Of a DNA stretch of 64,000 nucleotides, positions 13,226 to 26,160 are shown in pieces; within the stretch, counting starts at the first letter, position 1; each line of letters begins with the position of its first letter. Origin of the DNA: Podarcis muralis (lineage: Eukaryota); contig NC_135656.1 of assembly GCF_964188315.1 (NCBI RefSeq), positions 40,982,001 through 41,046,000 of the forward strand, read 5' to 3'. The translations under genes were made by a program, and so were the position numbers. The notes beneath the pieces were generated by a model, which worked only from the letters and a program-made list of their open reading frames with translations, was not told where the DNA came from and did not search any database.

Positions 13226-13339
13226 GTAACGTCTCGCGGCACACTAGTGTGCCGCGGAACACCGGTTGGGAAACACTGGTCTAGCAGAAGATAGCATCCA
13301 GAAAAGATAGAACCTGAATGAGAGCTGAATCTCTAGATA

Positions 13340-13690
13340 CACATGCTTGATGGAAAGTATTATAGGAGAAGATGCTTAGATAATGTGGACCTAGACCATT
13401 TAAGGCATTGTAATGTTAAAACCAAGTACCTTGCATTGGACATGGGGAAAGAAACATTTTAATACTTGCATATGTCTTCAAATAGGAGTTATGTAATCAC
13501 ACAACAAGCATCCAACAGTGGTTAGGTAATGGCGTTCAGTACTAGATGGAATTTCTGAACCATCATAAAAGGCATTCCCATGTACAGCACATTACAGTAA
13601 TCTACATGGGAAATCACTAAGGCATGGATGCCAGTGTCCAGGTCTCTGTCTTCCAGAAGGAACCTCTTCTAGTGAGTCAACATATCATGG
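13340..13690 (-). mobile_element. Old L2 LINE ORF2 C-terminal fragment
   Basis: Minus strand reads IHALVISHVDYCNVLYMGMPFMMVQKFHLVLNA, the degenerate L2 motif (HALVTSRLDYCNALY), with stops. Confidence 0.75.
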
Positions 13691-16600
13691 ATTGCCACGG
13701 ACTGCAAGCACTGCTTTCTGCAGAGGTTGGCTGCTCTGGTGGGTAAGATTGCCCTAATAAGTATGCACTTTGATGCATTAATCCCAAACTGGCCATTTTG
13801 ACATTCCATAGACTAGTCTTAACAGTCTTGGCTTCTTAATAAATACATGGGTCCTCACCTGCCTGGTACAGTGGAGGCTGTTATTGGAAGAGGCTGGAGC
13901 CAAAGGGGGATGTGAAGTCATAGTCCAGATTGGGAAACTGCAACAGACACTTCCCAGCACAGAATCCGGTGCTTCCCCTTGAAGGTGGTTTATGTGGGAG
14001 CAATTGCTGTATTTATAAAATACAGAAGTATGGAAAGCTGGTAGGATCACTTTTGATGAAGCAACCATTTGATGGGCCTCCATGGAAGCACAATAAACAG
14101 TTTATGAGCATGAGAGAACTAATGTCCCATAACCTTGCAGCTTGTGGAAGAGTTAGTCAAATCCACAGAACTAAGAGAGTCAAAGATTTCTTCACCATTG
14201 CTGTCACCAAGGAAACCTGACTGTTGTATGGCAGTATTTCCTCCTGGGGTTCTCTCTGATTGTTGAGTACTGTTTTTCTCCCCCCCCCCCGCCCCACTTC
14301 CCACTATGAACACTATAGTCACATCATAGGAAAGTGAGTCACAAAAATATACAGCTGATGCCTGTGTGTTTCCTGGTGACTGGCCAGTGTTGCGCCAAAA
14401 TGGTAGCATGAGGGTTGCAATTGTGACAGTGCTAGTGCAAGAGATTTTTCTGTCTGAGTCAGAGTAGTAAACGTAGTCTCCCACCACCAACACATAAGTC
14501 AAGGTGCATAATAGCCAATGCTGCAATAAATGTTAATTCCTTCAAATTCATTCTAATACCCAATGTCACTCAAGTTATTTGGATGAAAAACCTACAAGTG
14601 CTTCTTCCCTATTCTAGCAGTAAAAATACAACAATAATGAATAAGCCAACAATTTGCTGCTTTTTCATGATATCTGCCTGACAGGTGCCATCTTACTATG
14701 GCAAATTATAGAGTGGGCCCTGCTGAGCTACCATCTCTTGTTTTCTGCCAATGGGATGTGCCCAGATGATCTAGCCTTGAGTTAATTGCTTAATGGCATC
14801 TGATGTTGCCTTGAGGTGGACCTCCTTTGTGACATTTCAGATTCTTCTGTGATTAACTAGAGATGCTTTTGCTCATCTGTAAGGGAACAGATAACCTTTT
14901 AAAATCTTCTGTCTACAGCTTCTCAGGTCTGTGTTTTGTGTGAGAGAGGAATTATTTACTTCCCATGCAAAAGGTTCTTCCAGTCCGTGTAGACAGCACT
15001 GAGCTGAATGGGTCAATGGTCTGACTCAGGCAATTCCACATGACTTCAAAATGTTTTGGACTTTTCTCTAAATTACAGGGTTTATTCCATAGTTCTCCAA
15101 ATAACCTTGTGTGATAATCATCTATTGGTGCTATAGATTGCTGTCATTTTTGGTGCTGTCATCAAGTCTCTGCCCACAACCAAATGTCACCTGGGCGGTG
15201 GTTATGGCATTATTCCATCGATACAATTTTAACCTACTTTCCAGTCAACCTTTATATAAGAAATAAGCAGATAAAACCACTAAGCCACAGCAACCCTGTT
15301 CTGTTCTTTATGTTGCATTTCTGCCAGAAATTGAAGCAAATTTTTTGTGTGACAAAAATGGAGGGGCAGCTGCCAGAAGAACCCTTTAAATAAAGCATTA
15401 GGCAGAAAAGTTTCAAATCTGACAAAGTAGGTTTCCGCCCCCTTCTTATAGGTCAATTTTCATTTCACACGGAAGTTCTAGCAACCTATATGTACAGATG
15501 TTTCTGAGATACCTCTTCCCACTTCCATGTATCCACCCCTGCACTTACATTGTTTGTTTAACCCAATTAGCTCTTCAGTAACTTCATGGGTTGATGATTT
15601 GGCCATATTTTGCTTCCCATGGCAGGATGCTCTGGTTACGACAAGTGGTTCTTGTGGGTTAAATGCAACCTCTTTAAAATTGTTTGTGCTTGTTTTCTTT
15701 TTTTAAAAAAGTTTAATCCACATTTGTCAGCTTCACAAACAATTTCATGAAGAATTTTTTGCACGGTAATGAGGTCAGCTTCTAGTTCCTTTCAAAAACG
15801 TTCATGGCTACACAGTTTTGAAACACATTTCCAGGCGCAGACCCCCAACAGTAAGACCATCTCCCATCCTGGTTGTTCACAGATGAAATAAGCTATTGCA
15901 AGACACCCTTATTCAAATGACCCATAACATTTCAATCAAGTTTTTTTAAAAACAAAACAAAACAAAATGAGCCCCCTAACCTTGAATTCTGGATTCCAGA
16001 ATCTTTCCTTTCCCTTTACACCTGAGTTTATTAATGATCAGTAAAACTGGTGTTTTAGTAGCACATTAAGAATACAAAGCCATTGGCAAACATTAATTCC
16101 TTCAGTTCTGTGAAAGAGGTCAATACTGTTACCTGTTGGTTTCAGGCATGACACACAGAATGATAAGTAGAGGGTGTGTGGCTAAGTTAGATTTATGTCC
16201 AGACATAATTCAACACATTTTTTGGTGATGTATTTTGTCTTTTTCACCTTTTTTTGGCAATGCATAAATAACCATGCTATCTGGCTCTGGTGCCATCAAA
16301 TCAAAGAGTTAACATTCCATGTTAGAACTCAGTTTTTGAAGGAGCACATGGATATAGGAGGCAAACTTTCCTTTGTAGCCAAGGGGTTACACCTAAGAAT
16401 GAGACTCCCTGTTGACTAGCAGTGTCCATTCCTTAATTCTTGCAATTCTTTCCTTGGGATAAGTTGCACTCATTTTTTTCTCTTGCATAAGGACTGCTCT
16501 GTTTTCGCTTTGTGGCAATATGTGCAATGCATTGGATATGTCTTCCCCGATCCAGCTCAAGGAGGACGGGCGGGGGTGGGGGAGTGCACACAGCTCCTCC

Positions 16601-18084
16601 CAGTATGCCAGCCCTTCCTTTTCCATCCCCATATGCACAAACGAATCTGCCTTGAGCCAGAGCACTGGTCCACCTTGCACATTATTGTCTTCTACACTGA
16701 TGGGTAGCAGCTCTCCAGGGCTTCAGATGGGAGATATTTGCCACCTACCTGAAGATGCCAGGGCATGCAAAGCAGATGCTCGTAACACTGAGCTACACAT
16801 GGGAACAGAACATACAAATGCTGACATCTGTGCATAAAGTTCAACACACACAGCTGCAAATCATGTGGTTGAGTTCCTCCTTTCACATAGCAAATGGTCC
16901 ATATGACTTTTCACCCAAGTTTGTTGGCTGAAAGATGGTTAGGTGGCATTCACACAATCCATATGGAGGAGGCAGGGCTAACACACACAGTGCATGTGGA
17001 GCAGCTGCGCATGCTTTCTCCCTTCCATGCTCTGGGCTGGACCAGGGGAGATGTATCATCTGATTTGGGCTTGTGTTAATTTAGAGGACCTACACATATA
17101 TGTATTTTGGCATTTGTAATGATATTGCCAAGATAGTGGTTATCGGTCCATCTGTGAAAGAGTAAATCCACTTGCATGTTAGTAAACAAACTTCCAACAG
17201 GCCCTTTTGATTGCTTTGTTTTGGTCCCTGTGTGTTTAAAGGAGCATATTTAAGACTCTGAGTGCACAGGAACAACAACAGAGCATTTGGGGCTCTGTGG
17301 ATACTCTGTCTCTGATCTTAAGGTCTCTGGGCAGCTTGAGATGTGGGATAATGCAAGAGGTTGCAAAGCTGGAATTCATCCATACGTTAGACTTTCTCAA
17401 AGCTTGAGCAAAGATAATTGATGGTGCTTGCACTGCAAATAATGTACTGGATGTGGACTGGATTTTCTCAGGGGATCCTCAGCAAGGTGCCTACTGGCCT
17501 GCCTGCATATGTGTGCATGCATTTGTGCAGGTGTGTGTGCTCACACACGGTAACTTTACCAGATGATGATGGTCTTTCACCCTTCCATTGGGGTGGTTAA
17601 CCAGCCATGCTCAACCTGGTTCTGGTGACAGAGGCTGCAAGCTGCCTGCAGACTGTATTTCCCCAAAATGTCTCTGAGCCTTGCAATTCAACTCCCAGAA
17701 CAAAAAAGACTGCAGTGATCTACTTCATAATTCACTTTCTATAATCTTTTCCTGTCTTTTATGCCCACACTGATAAGTAGGTCATTATTGTTACTGCAAA
17801 TGGAGGGAGCTATATTTTTTTCTGTCTTGTATAAGATTTGTTTAGTTTTCAACCATTTCCTCTTTCTTCTTCAAGTGAGAGAAAAGGAAACATGAGGATA
17901 AAACTGATCGTGAGTGCAGAAGTATGTGGCTCACAGTGCACTGCATTTCTAAGAAATTCTTGTAAGCCTCATCCTTCCTATATTGGCCACAACTATGTTT
18001 GCACCACCCCGGGTGGTTTCAGATGTGCTTATGGCGTGTGCTGGTGAAGTAAATACTGTTCAAAGGTTTTATGTTTTTCAAAAT

Positions 18085-18562
18085 CTTGATAGCACGGTGC
18101 CTGAGTGCTGGAAGAAAGACCTGCTCCCTGCTGAAAGGCCCATTTCCACCTGGCCTCGGGTTCGGGGCTCACTACTCACCCTGAACAGCTAAAAGAGGCC
18201 ACTGGGACATTGTTGGAACCACTCTTGGGTTGGGGCAACTGGCTAAAATGTTTAAAAATGTTTTAAATGGTTCTAATTTTGGTTCCTCTGTTTCATTTTT
18301 CTTGGGTTGGTGTTGGTTAAACGTTTAGTTGGGGTTGGTGGTTACTTTAATTTGGGTATAACTGTAAACTGCTTGTTATTATTGTTATTGATTTTATTGT
18401 TTTATTGGTCTGTTTGTTGCTTGTATAGGATATCTTGTTTTTTTTAATGTTGGATGTTTTGTTGTGTTTTATATGTTGTAAGCCGCCCAGAGTGGCTGGG
18501 GAAACCCAGCCAGATGGGTGGGATATAAATTAAAAATAACAACAACAATTATTATATTATTA

Positions 18563-18614
<52 letters not shown>

Positions 18615-18627
18615 TTATTATATTATA
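18085..18627 (+). mobile_element. L2 LINE 3' end with long (ATT)n tail
   Basis: TGTAAGCCGCCCAGAGTGGCTGGGGAAACCCAGCCAGATGGG terminal motif; start approximate. Confidence 0.75.
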
Positions 18628-20120
18628 ACAAGGTGACAAATGTGAATGAGGCTGTACAGAAAGAATGAGGAATTTTCAGTGCAGGTTTGGGGAGAGACAG
18701 CAACCTTGCAGGGTAGGTCTTTAGATTAAGGTTTTGAATAGTCTTGCTGAAAATCTCTTAGATCAGCTGCCTGGTGGCCTCTGGGTGGTTTGGACCTGAG
18801 CTTCCATCAGCCCCAGCCAGCCCAGTCAAGCTGGCCATGGCTAATGGGAGTTGTAGTCCAGACCATCTGGAGGGCACCAGCTTGGAGAAGGCTGCTTTTT
18901 ATATTTCCTCCCAGTTAATTCTGTCTAGTGGCCTTCAAGCCAATTAAATTGGCTTGGTCAAGCATCCTGATCCATGGAGAGTTGGGAGGCAAGGGTTGAA
19001 TGCCTGCATGGGAAAGGAAGAAGGAGGTTCTTTCCGTGAAGAGAACAATGCAACCTGAACTTGGAAGTGTCTTCCTTGCCGACTATTGACATTGCCTATT
19101 CTGCCAAAGCCAACAGAGGACGATCCATGAGGCACAGCTGTATTTGCTCAACATTGTGCATATGCTGCAAAGTCTGAATGGTGGGGTCTGGCACCCATCC
19201 TCACCCTTCGCTTATTTGCTTGTTTGAATCCTATAAGGGCCATCTAGTCTGACCCCCTGCAATGCAGGAATCAACGCTAAAATACTTCCGCTCCATGATT
19301 CAGAAAAAAAGCTCCCAGAGCAGCTTAACATATATCAGTAGCATCATACTCCTTACTCTCTCAGACTTACAATCTAAAAGGTGAAGCACAAAAGGAAATG
19401 GCATTGGAAGGGAGGAGGAAAAGTGGGGCCCTGTCCCACCGAGCATACTTGTTATTGTGCGAGTTGGAAGGTGGCATCGCAGGTGCAGGCACATGAATGA
19501 AACAAATTGTGTCACTGGAAATATATCTCGTAGCTGTTCTTCTTTGCTAAAGCTGCTACAGTGTCCACTAATGTTCATTCTAGCTTTCAAAAAGTCTCCT
19601 TTCAGGTTGGATTCTGGAACAGATTTGCATATGATATTTGCAATATGTGTATGCTCTGTTCAGATCAATGAGTTTGTGCAACAGCATTGAGAAGGTGGTG
19701 CTTCCACTGTTGCCAGTTCTTTCCTGATTTTATTTGACACTATTTGGATGCTGCTTAATCACGAAAACCTCTCAGCAGCCCCTGAAGCCAAACGATACGC
19801 ATTTTGTACGTTGTGTCCTTGTTCCTAATAAATGCCGGCCAGTGAGAGGTGAAGGGATCTCACCAGCGTGCTTATATTCTCATTACCGTGTGTCTTTGGA
19901 GCCACATTAAATCCTAGTAATAAACCATTGATGTGAATGGAGTCTATGCCAGAGATGAACGCGTTTCTTTGTATTTAAGAACAGAAGAGTGATTGCACTG
20001 AAAGCCTGCCTCTCAGGGCAATAAACAAAGCCTTGTTTGTATCGAGATATTCGGTTTAATTGGTTTGCTTTGAGGCAAAAAAACAAAGCAAAACCCAGGC
20101 TCTCCTTAATGTGTCTGCAG

Positions 20121-20161
20121 TAGCAATAACCTAGTAGAGACTGAAGACGGACTGCCAACAG
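20121..20161 (+). other. Candidate 5' untranslated exon of PIK3R5
   Basis: Strong donor CAG|GTAAGG at 20161/20162, acceptor TGTCTGCAG at 20120, mild local CpG enrichment at 19780-20100. Prediction only. Confidence 0.4.
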
Positions 20162-22106
20162 GTAAGGGGAAGAAGGGGGGGTGAGTGTGTGTTGTGGTCA
20201 AAAGCCTAACATCTTAGTTCCACATTTGTCAGTTTCTTTGGAACTACCATCTTCAGTTCAGTAGCTTGTTACAGAGAATCTAGAGAGAATGTTTTTCTCA
20301 AAAGGCTATACAGTTCAGGGTTCCTCTTTTGGCCTCCTATGGTTTTTCAATCTTGACTGATGGCCATTTGGTGGCGGGTGGGAATAAAAGGCAATTGTAG
20401 CACTGCTCTGTCTAGTTTGAGCAGGCAAAAGCATATTGAGATGTTTCAAGGATCCTGTCCCTTTTTATTTTAAAGTCTCCTGCTTGCAGGATGGGGCCTA
20501 TCCATTCCCTCAACCCCCATGGACCATGCTGTGGATTAGCGATGAACAGTCTCTTATTTGCACCTTGACTAGTCTTTCTCGGTTGGCCCAGTGCCTTGCT
20601 TTTGTCCTGGGCTAGGGAAAGGGGGGCAAAACAGCTTTCTGTGCATTTCCCTCACTTCACTTTTAAAGCAAAAGAGCTCAGAATTAGTCCAGGAATTATG
20701 AACCAAAAGATTTGTGTACTGGATGCTTCTTTAAAAGTTGATTAATACATGCATGTGCAAAAGTTGTTCATGTAGTCTCATGCGTTTGGGTTATAATTTA
20801 AAATAGCTTCTCAGCGCACACCCCCCCCCAAATATAGTGTTATATTAATAATACTTTCCTGAGTAGGTGCTATTCTAGCCCTTGTCAACAATGGTGACTT
20901 TTGTTGTGTTTTCTCTAGGCACAATTCAGTGTTAGGGCCCCTCCAAATTGCTGTTCATTTTGTTTTTTCAACATGTCATTGATACAATAATACTGCATTA
21001 GTTAAGTATTTATGTTGGACCACCCACCTATCAGTCTACTTTATTAGTTGGTCTGAGATGGTTGCCCAGTGTTTCTGCATTATTGCCATTGGGAGGGGCA
21101 CTCTTGCACTGTAGTGCATTCAAAGCAACACACACCTGAAACATTTGTGGTACGACAAGTTTCAAGATTTCAGCAGGAAGCTGCAGGACATGCATCAACT
21201 GGAAACAAAGTAGTACTGTATGTCTGCCCCCAAAACATGCAGGCTGGGAATTGTAGTCTAGCAACATCGGGAAAGCACCACATTGACTATCCCTGCTATA
21301 TAGAAGCCATTGAGTGTTGTGTAGCTGGAATGTAGCCTACTGTACAAATGTAAGAGTGTCTGTGTTGCTCCGCCCACTTCTTCCTCTGGCCTGAACTACC
21401 ACTGGCAGGTGGCCCCTGGAAGGGAATGTGTGGTCTGTGATCTGAAAAAAGTCTCTTACCCTGGCATTAGAGACCATACAGTTTGCTTTCATAGAGATGG
21501 ATCAACAGTATCTCTTACTTAGTGGGTTTGGCCTTTGCTAATTGTAAGAAGGTAGCACACAGTCTTCACACATGTGCAGTATTCGCCTGGTTTGTCAAGA
21601 TTGCAGTTTCCAGATACTTGGTTCTGAACCTTGAGCTAATACTGTTAATCGCCAGTATGGAGATTTGAAGCCTTGCTGTTCTGTTCTGCTTTACCTTCAG
21701 CAGAAGGAATTTATGCGGTGGTGATATTTTCCCTAGCCATGTTCTCCTTCCTGTTGTGTTTCCTCTTTCAATTCACTTAATGACAGTGAACTTTATATGC
21801 ACACAAAAACATACTCTAGGTAATTAGGAAATAGACTGCATTCATAATGTGCAAGTCTGATGCTGTGGAGTCTAGACTTGGAAAATACTGCTTCCCGATA
21901 GCTAAATTTGCAAGAGCAGGGATAAATGGCAAGGCTTTGACTGTGGTTGTTATGGCTTCTTCCAAGTAAATCTCTGACCAGAAGATGGGTTTCCAGTGCT
22001 GCAATTTAGAAATAAGCTCAGTCCCTCTACTTTCTTTTCTTTCTTTCTTTACTTAAAAATTATATTTTGTGAGTGAAGTATATTTATTTAATCATCATGG
22101 TTTATA

Positions 22107-22351
22107 CAGTGGTACCTCGGGTTACATACGCTTCAGGTTACATACGCTTCAGGTTACAGACTCCGCTAACCCAGAAATAGTGCTTCAGGTTAAGAACTTT
22201 GCTTCAGGATAAGAACAGAAATCGTGCTCCGGCAGTGCAGCAGCAGCAGCAGGAGGCCCCCTTAGCTAAAGTGGTGCTTCAGGTTAAGAACAGTTTCAGG
22301 TTAAGTACGGACCTCTGGAACGAATTAAGTACTTAACCCGAGGTACCACTG
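22107..22351. mobile_element. Tc1/mariner (Tigger-like) MITE
   Basis: Perfect 18-bp TIR CAGTGGTACCTCGGGTTA, TA TSD, internal (GC)TTCAGGTTA repeats. Confidence 0.9.
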
Positions 22352-25300
22352 TATTGGGATAACTGACCTTTGGCCCACCAGATATTGTTGCACTACAATG
22401 CCCACCATCCCTGATTATTGACCATGCTGTTTGGGATTGATGGAAGCTGGAGTCCAGGTTAGTCACAGCTAGTTTATACGGAGTGCGTAGTTCAAAGATA
22501 AGAGGAGAATTAAGACTTCTGTTGTCAGTTTTTTTTATAGGAGGCCTATCCCTTTAAGAATCCCTGTGTTATGCAGCAGACTAACTATTCCATTTCAGAA
22601 TGGCAGGCCTATCATGTCATAATAATGTTACTTAATGAAAAATCAGCATCAATGTAGTGGCCCCCAGGAGTCTTCTTTGTGTAGGCCAATGGCCTATTCA
22701 CCATAAGCAATGGCGATGCTTTCTTGGGTTGAATGCCAAAGCTGCTCATTTCTGCCCCCCATCCTCCAGTACATGCTTTGGCTGTACTTTGAGTGCGGTT
22801 CATAAAACATGGTTGTCCGTGAGCCAGTCCTGCTTTAGGGAAGAATGTTAATCAGTTGACGCATTTACCGGTTGTTAATGTGACTTTAGACTTGTGAACT
22901 TACTTTATCATAAACCTCTTGAGTGTGCATACTCTGCAAAAAAAATGGAAATATTAAAAGAACAGCTAGTCTAGGGGAGTTCTGTGTGCATGTGACTGTG
23001 GTAAGCAAATGTCAATCTACATACAAAGGTGTGTTTATGTTGCCCCTGGAAAAGGCTTAGATTTTTTTTGGGTCAAATCTCCTAGGGAAAAGAAAATCAT
23101 CAATTGTTGAACAGTAGCCAAGAATACTTGTTGGCCCTCATTATTCAGGAGTTTCTGCATGAGTGGGATCACAAAGAGCTAAACCTTGGGTAATCGCTTT
23201 CTTTAGCTCTTCAGGCTAGTCATGTTTAGCGTCTTACATTTTTGGGATTGAGCATAATCTCCCACCGACTGAACGACTCTGGGAATGAGTCCACTGCAGT
23301 TACTTGACAACCTACCCACACCTAGTTCATTGCACATCAGTGGCTGAAAAAGAGGCGGGTTTGAGTAGAGAGGAAACCTGGATGCCTCTAGAATGTCAGT
23401 TTTGAGTTGTGGGAGCAATTCAAGCACATATCAAGAAATTAGAGTTTATGCATTAAAAAACACAGTTCAATAATAAAAAGTAAATAGTAGCAAGGAAAGG
23501 GTTTTTTTTTTAGAACAGGTAGAAGTGATTTCAGTGTGAAAGAAAATTAAAATTGTCGCTGGCATCCAACTACCTTGAGAGAGACTGGAATGTGCCTCCA
23601 GGGATGGAGAATCACAGCGCCTGCTGTGGCTGCAGAGATTGGTAACTCATAACTGCAGCCTCCTGCATTGTTTTGCTGTGTTAGCAGCTCTGAAGTGAAC
23701 TCTCCAGGGTGCAAGCCTGGACAGTGTGTATGGAGGCCCTGGGCTGTGTGAACAAATTATAAAGAGGTGTTTCATTTGTGATTCCAAAATTCAATGAACA
23801 GGACCCATCTTTCAATAAATTTGCTTGGTAATGGCATTATATTGCATATCATTGCAATATAGTGGGTTTATGCAATTTGAAGAGGATTAAAGCATTCTGT
23901 TGCCCCAGCACAAAAAAGAAACAGATATTTTGCAGCTGGGAAAGTGATGGGGAAACGCATTGGAAAGTATGGAATGAACAAATGGTTAACATGAAGACAC
24001 AAGCAAATAACGATGAATGCAGCTTGAATGCTCATTGTTGTATAATATCCCTACAAACTAATGGGAAAGAATGTTTAAAAAGACTGGATACAATGTAACA
24101 TCTGTACAAGCAGATCAGGATGACTTTATTATTATTATTAATCGGCTTCCACACATGTGTCTTAGAGCGATGCACAGGATAAAATAAAAACAGCTTTTAA
24201 AAGTAGCACAAAAATATAACAAAAGTGTTTTAAAAACAATGCAAAGTAGACTCCTGTAGCAGAGACTTATTCATATAGCTGGGAAAGCTGTAAAGATCAT
24301 CTGGAGGAACCCTTGCTTATCTTTTGGTTCAGGAAAGCTTGCTTGTCTGGACATTGTTCTTCCTTGCCCAGAACCAAGCAACTGTTTAAAAACTTGAATC
24401 AGGCATAACATTCCCTTGGGTTTCTAGGGACACTTGTATGATAGCAGATACTTCTGTAATATAAGGCATCATTCTGTTCTCTACCAGCCTTTTGGTGACT
24501 TTTGAACCCTTTTGATTTAGCTGATTTCAGAAAGTTGAAACCCGCCCTATTGTTGTACCGTTTTGGTTTCCTTGTTTTGTTTTTTATCATCAGCGTGTAT
24601 AAGTGAATTGTAGATAGGGCCTTTATCAGCAAGATTCTGCTCTGCAACAGTTCGGCAGGAGTACCCATTTTTCACTTGTCCTGCTGCCAATGTTCCTTCT
24701 TCTCGCCATCCATTAGACATTCAATGTAAGAACTACTTGAAATGTAAATGTAAATGCAAAAAAATTAAATTGAAACTGAAAACCAACAAAACACAATCTT
24801 TTCTAAATACAAGTAATTTCTGACATAAAATATAACTCATTTCTATTATTATAAGGTGATAGATAATATTCCTCACACATGTGGTTTTCTTTTCTTTTAA
24901 AAAACCAAAACCAAAATAAATAAATAAAGTCAAATATTAACTTAGGTGAGTGGTTGAAAGCAGCAAATCCTTTTATATTCAGAAAACAAGATCCCTTTGT
25001 TATGAATCCTACCATTGACATTTTTCTTTCTTTCTTTCTGATATAATGCATTAATTCCATTGTAAGCACAAATTCCCATGTCTTTTGTGTCACTTTTTGA
25101 AGGCATAACTTCTAATCACCATATTTTGGCATATAAGGTTCTTGTTGTTTTAACTATGTACAAGGCTATATTCCTGATGAATTAAGCTACCCATGTAGTT
25201 TAACCCAGGCAGACATATGGGCCAGGATAGATCTTGTCTAATAACAACTATTATAGGATAATTCCCCCACCTGCTTTTGCTAATTGACATTCACACCATA

Positions 25301-25879
25301 TATGACACAACTTTCCCTTTTTTTACCCTTGCCATCTCTAGGAAGTGGGTGGGTAAGACAGATAAAAATCAATCTTATTCCTCCTCCCGCTTAATGCTTT
25401 TTTGCACATGTGTATACATGTCTTGACATTTCACTGCCCAGCAGGGTATTCTGTTTGAGGTGGTACTCAGTGTGAACTATCTGACTGTTTCATACATGGA
25501 AATATTTACTTGATGCTGCAATCATGGAATAATGAAAGCATATGTGTGAACCTACCCTTGAGGCTACTTCCTATACAGAAGACACTTTAGTGGCTTCTCC
25601 CTCCCTTTATATTCCTGAACTTATATTCACTGGTGGCACTGGTGTTGTGGAATGCTGTCCCTGCTGAAATAAGAGGGGCCCTATCAGTATTGGCATTCCG
25701 CTGGCTCCTGTAGGCACCACCTGTTTAGGCAAGCATTCCCCTGAACTGAACTTTCCCTGTAACTGGTTTTTACCCCAATAGAATTGTTGTGTGTTTTAGT
25801 TATGTATTGATTGCATAGTTGTAAGCTGCTTATTTTGGCCCAATAGTAATAATAACAACTATTTTATTGTTTATTATCA

Positions 25880-26160
25880 TTATTTATTAAATTTATATAC
25901 CACCCTTCATCCAAAGATCAGTAGCCCAAAATAATTTAAACAAAAGCAACCCTCCCAACACACACACACACACACTTACTTAAAAGGCTGTAGAATATTA
26001 ATTAGCCAAAGGCCTGGTTGAAGAGGAACATTTTCGCCTGGCAGCTAAAGATGTATAGTGAACGTGCCAGACAAACCTCCCTGGGGAGAGCATTCCACAA
26101 ACAGGGAGTCACTGCCAAAAAGGCCCATTCTCAGTGTTGCCACCTTCTGGACCTCTCTAC
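25880..26160 (-). mobile_element. L2 LINE 3' end
   Basis: Reverse-complement match to the L2 ends near 6100 and 60450; boundaries approximate. Confidence 0.65.

Larger units (their letters stand above)
11476..13278 (-). mobile_element. Non-autonomous hAT (Charlie/Buster-type) DNA transposon carrying captured host DNA (Pack-hAT)
   Basis: TIRs CAGTGTTTCCCAACC (11476-11490) and GGTTGGGAAACACTG (13264-13278) are perfect inverted copies. TSD GTCTAGCA at 11468-11475 and 13279-13286. Transposase relic on the minus strand. Confidence 0.93.

Noticed and set aside
13041-13229. Native first exon of an intact local secreted-protein gene
   Set aside because: It lies inside matching TIRs and TSD, and no convincing downstream coding exons were found; treated as transposon cargo.
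12631-13294. Several long overlapping ORFs (up to 203 aa) on both strands
   Set aside because: Expected from stop-poor GC-rich sequence; low-complexity R/A/P/G content with no recognisable domain.
14119-14526. Minus-strand ORF with ASAVYFC resembling an Ig/TCR V-domain motif
   Set aside because: No first Cys or Trp framework, no leader-intron structure and no recombination signal seen.
17950-18047. EGF-like peptide CKPH...CTTPGGFRCAYGVC
   Set aside because: Cys spacing is incomplete, an in-frame stop follows and there is no good donor; likely chance.
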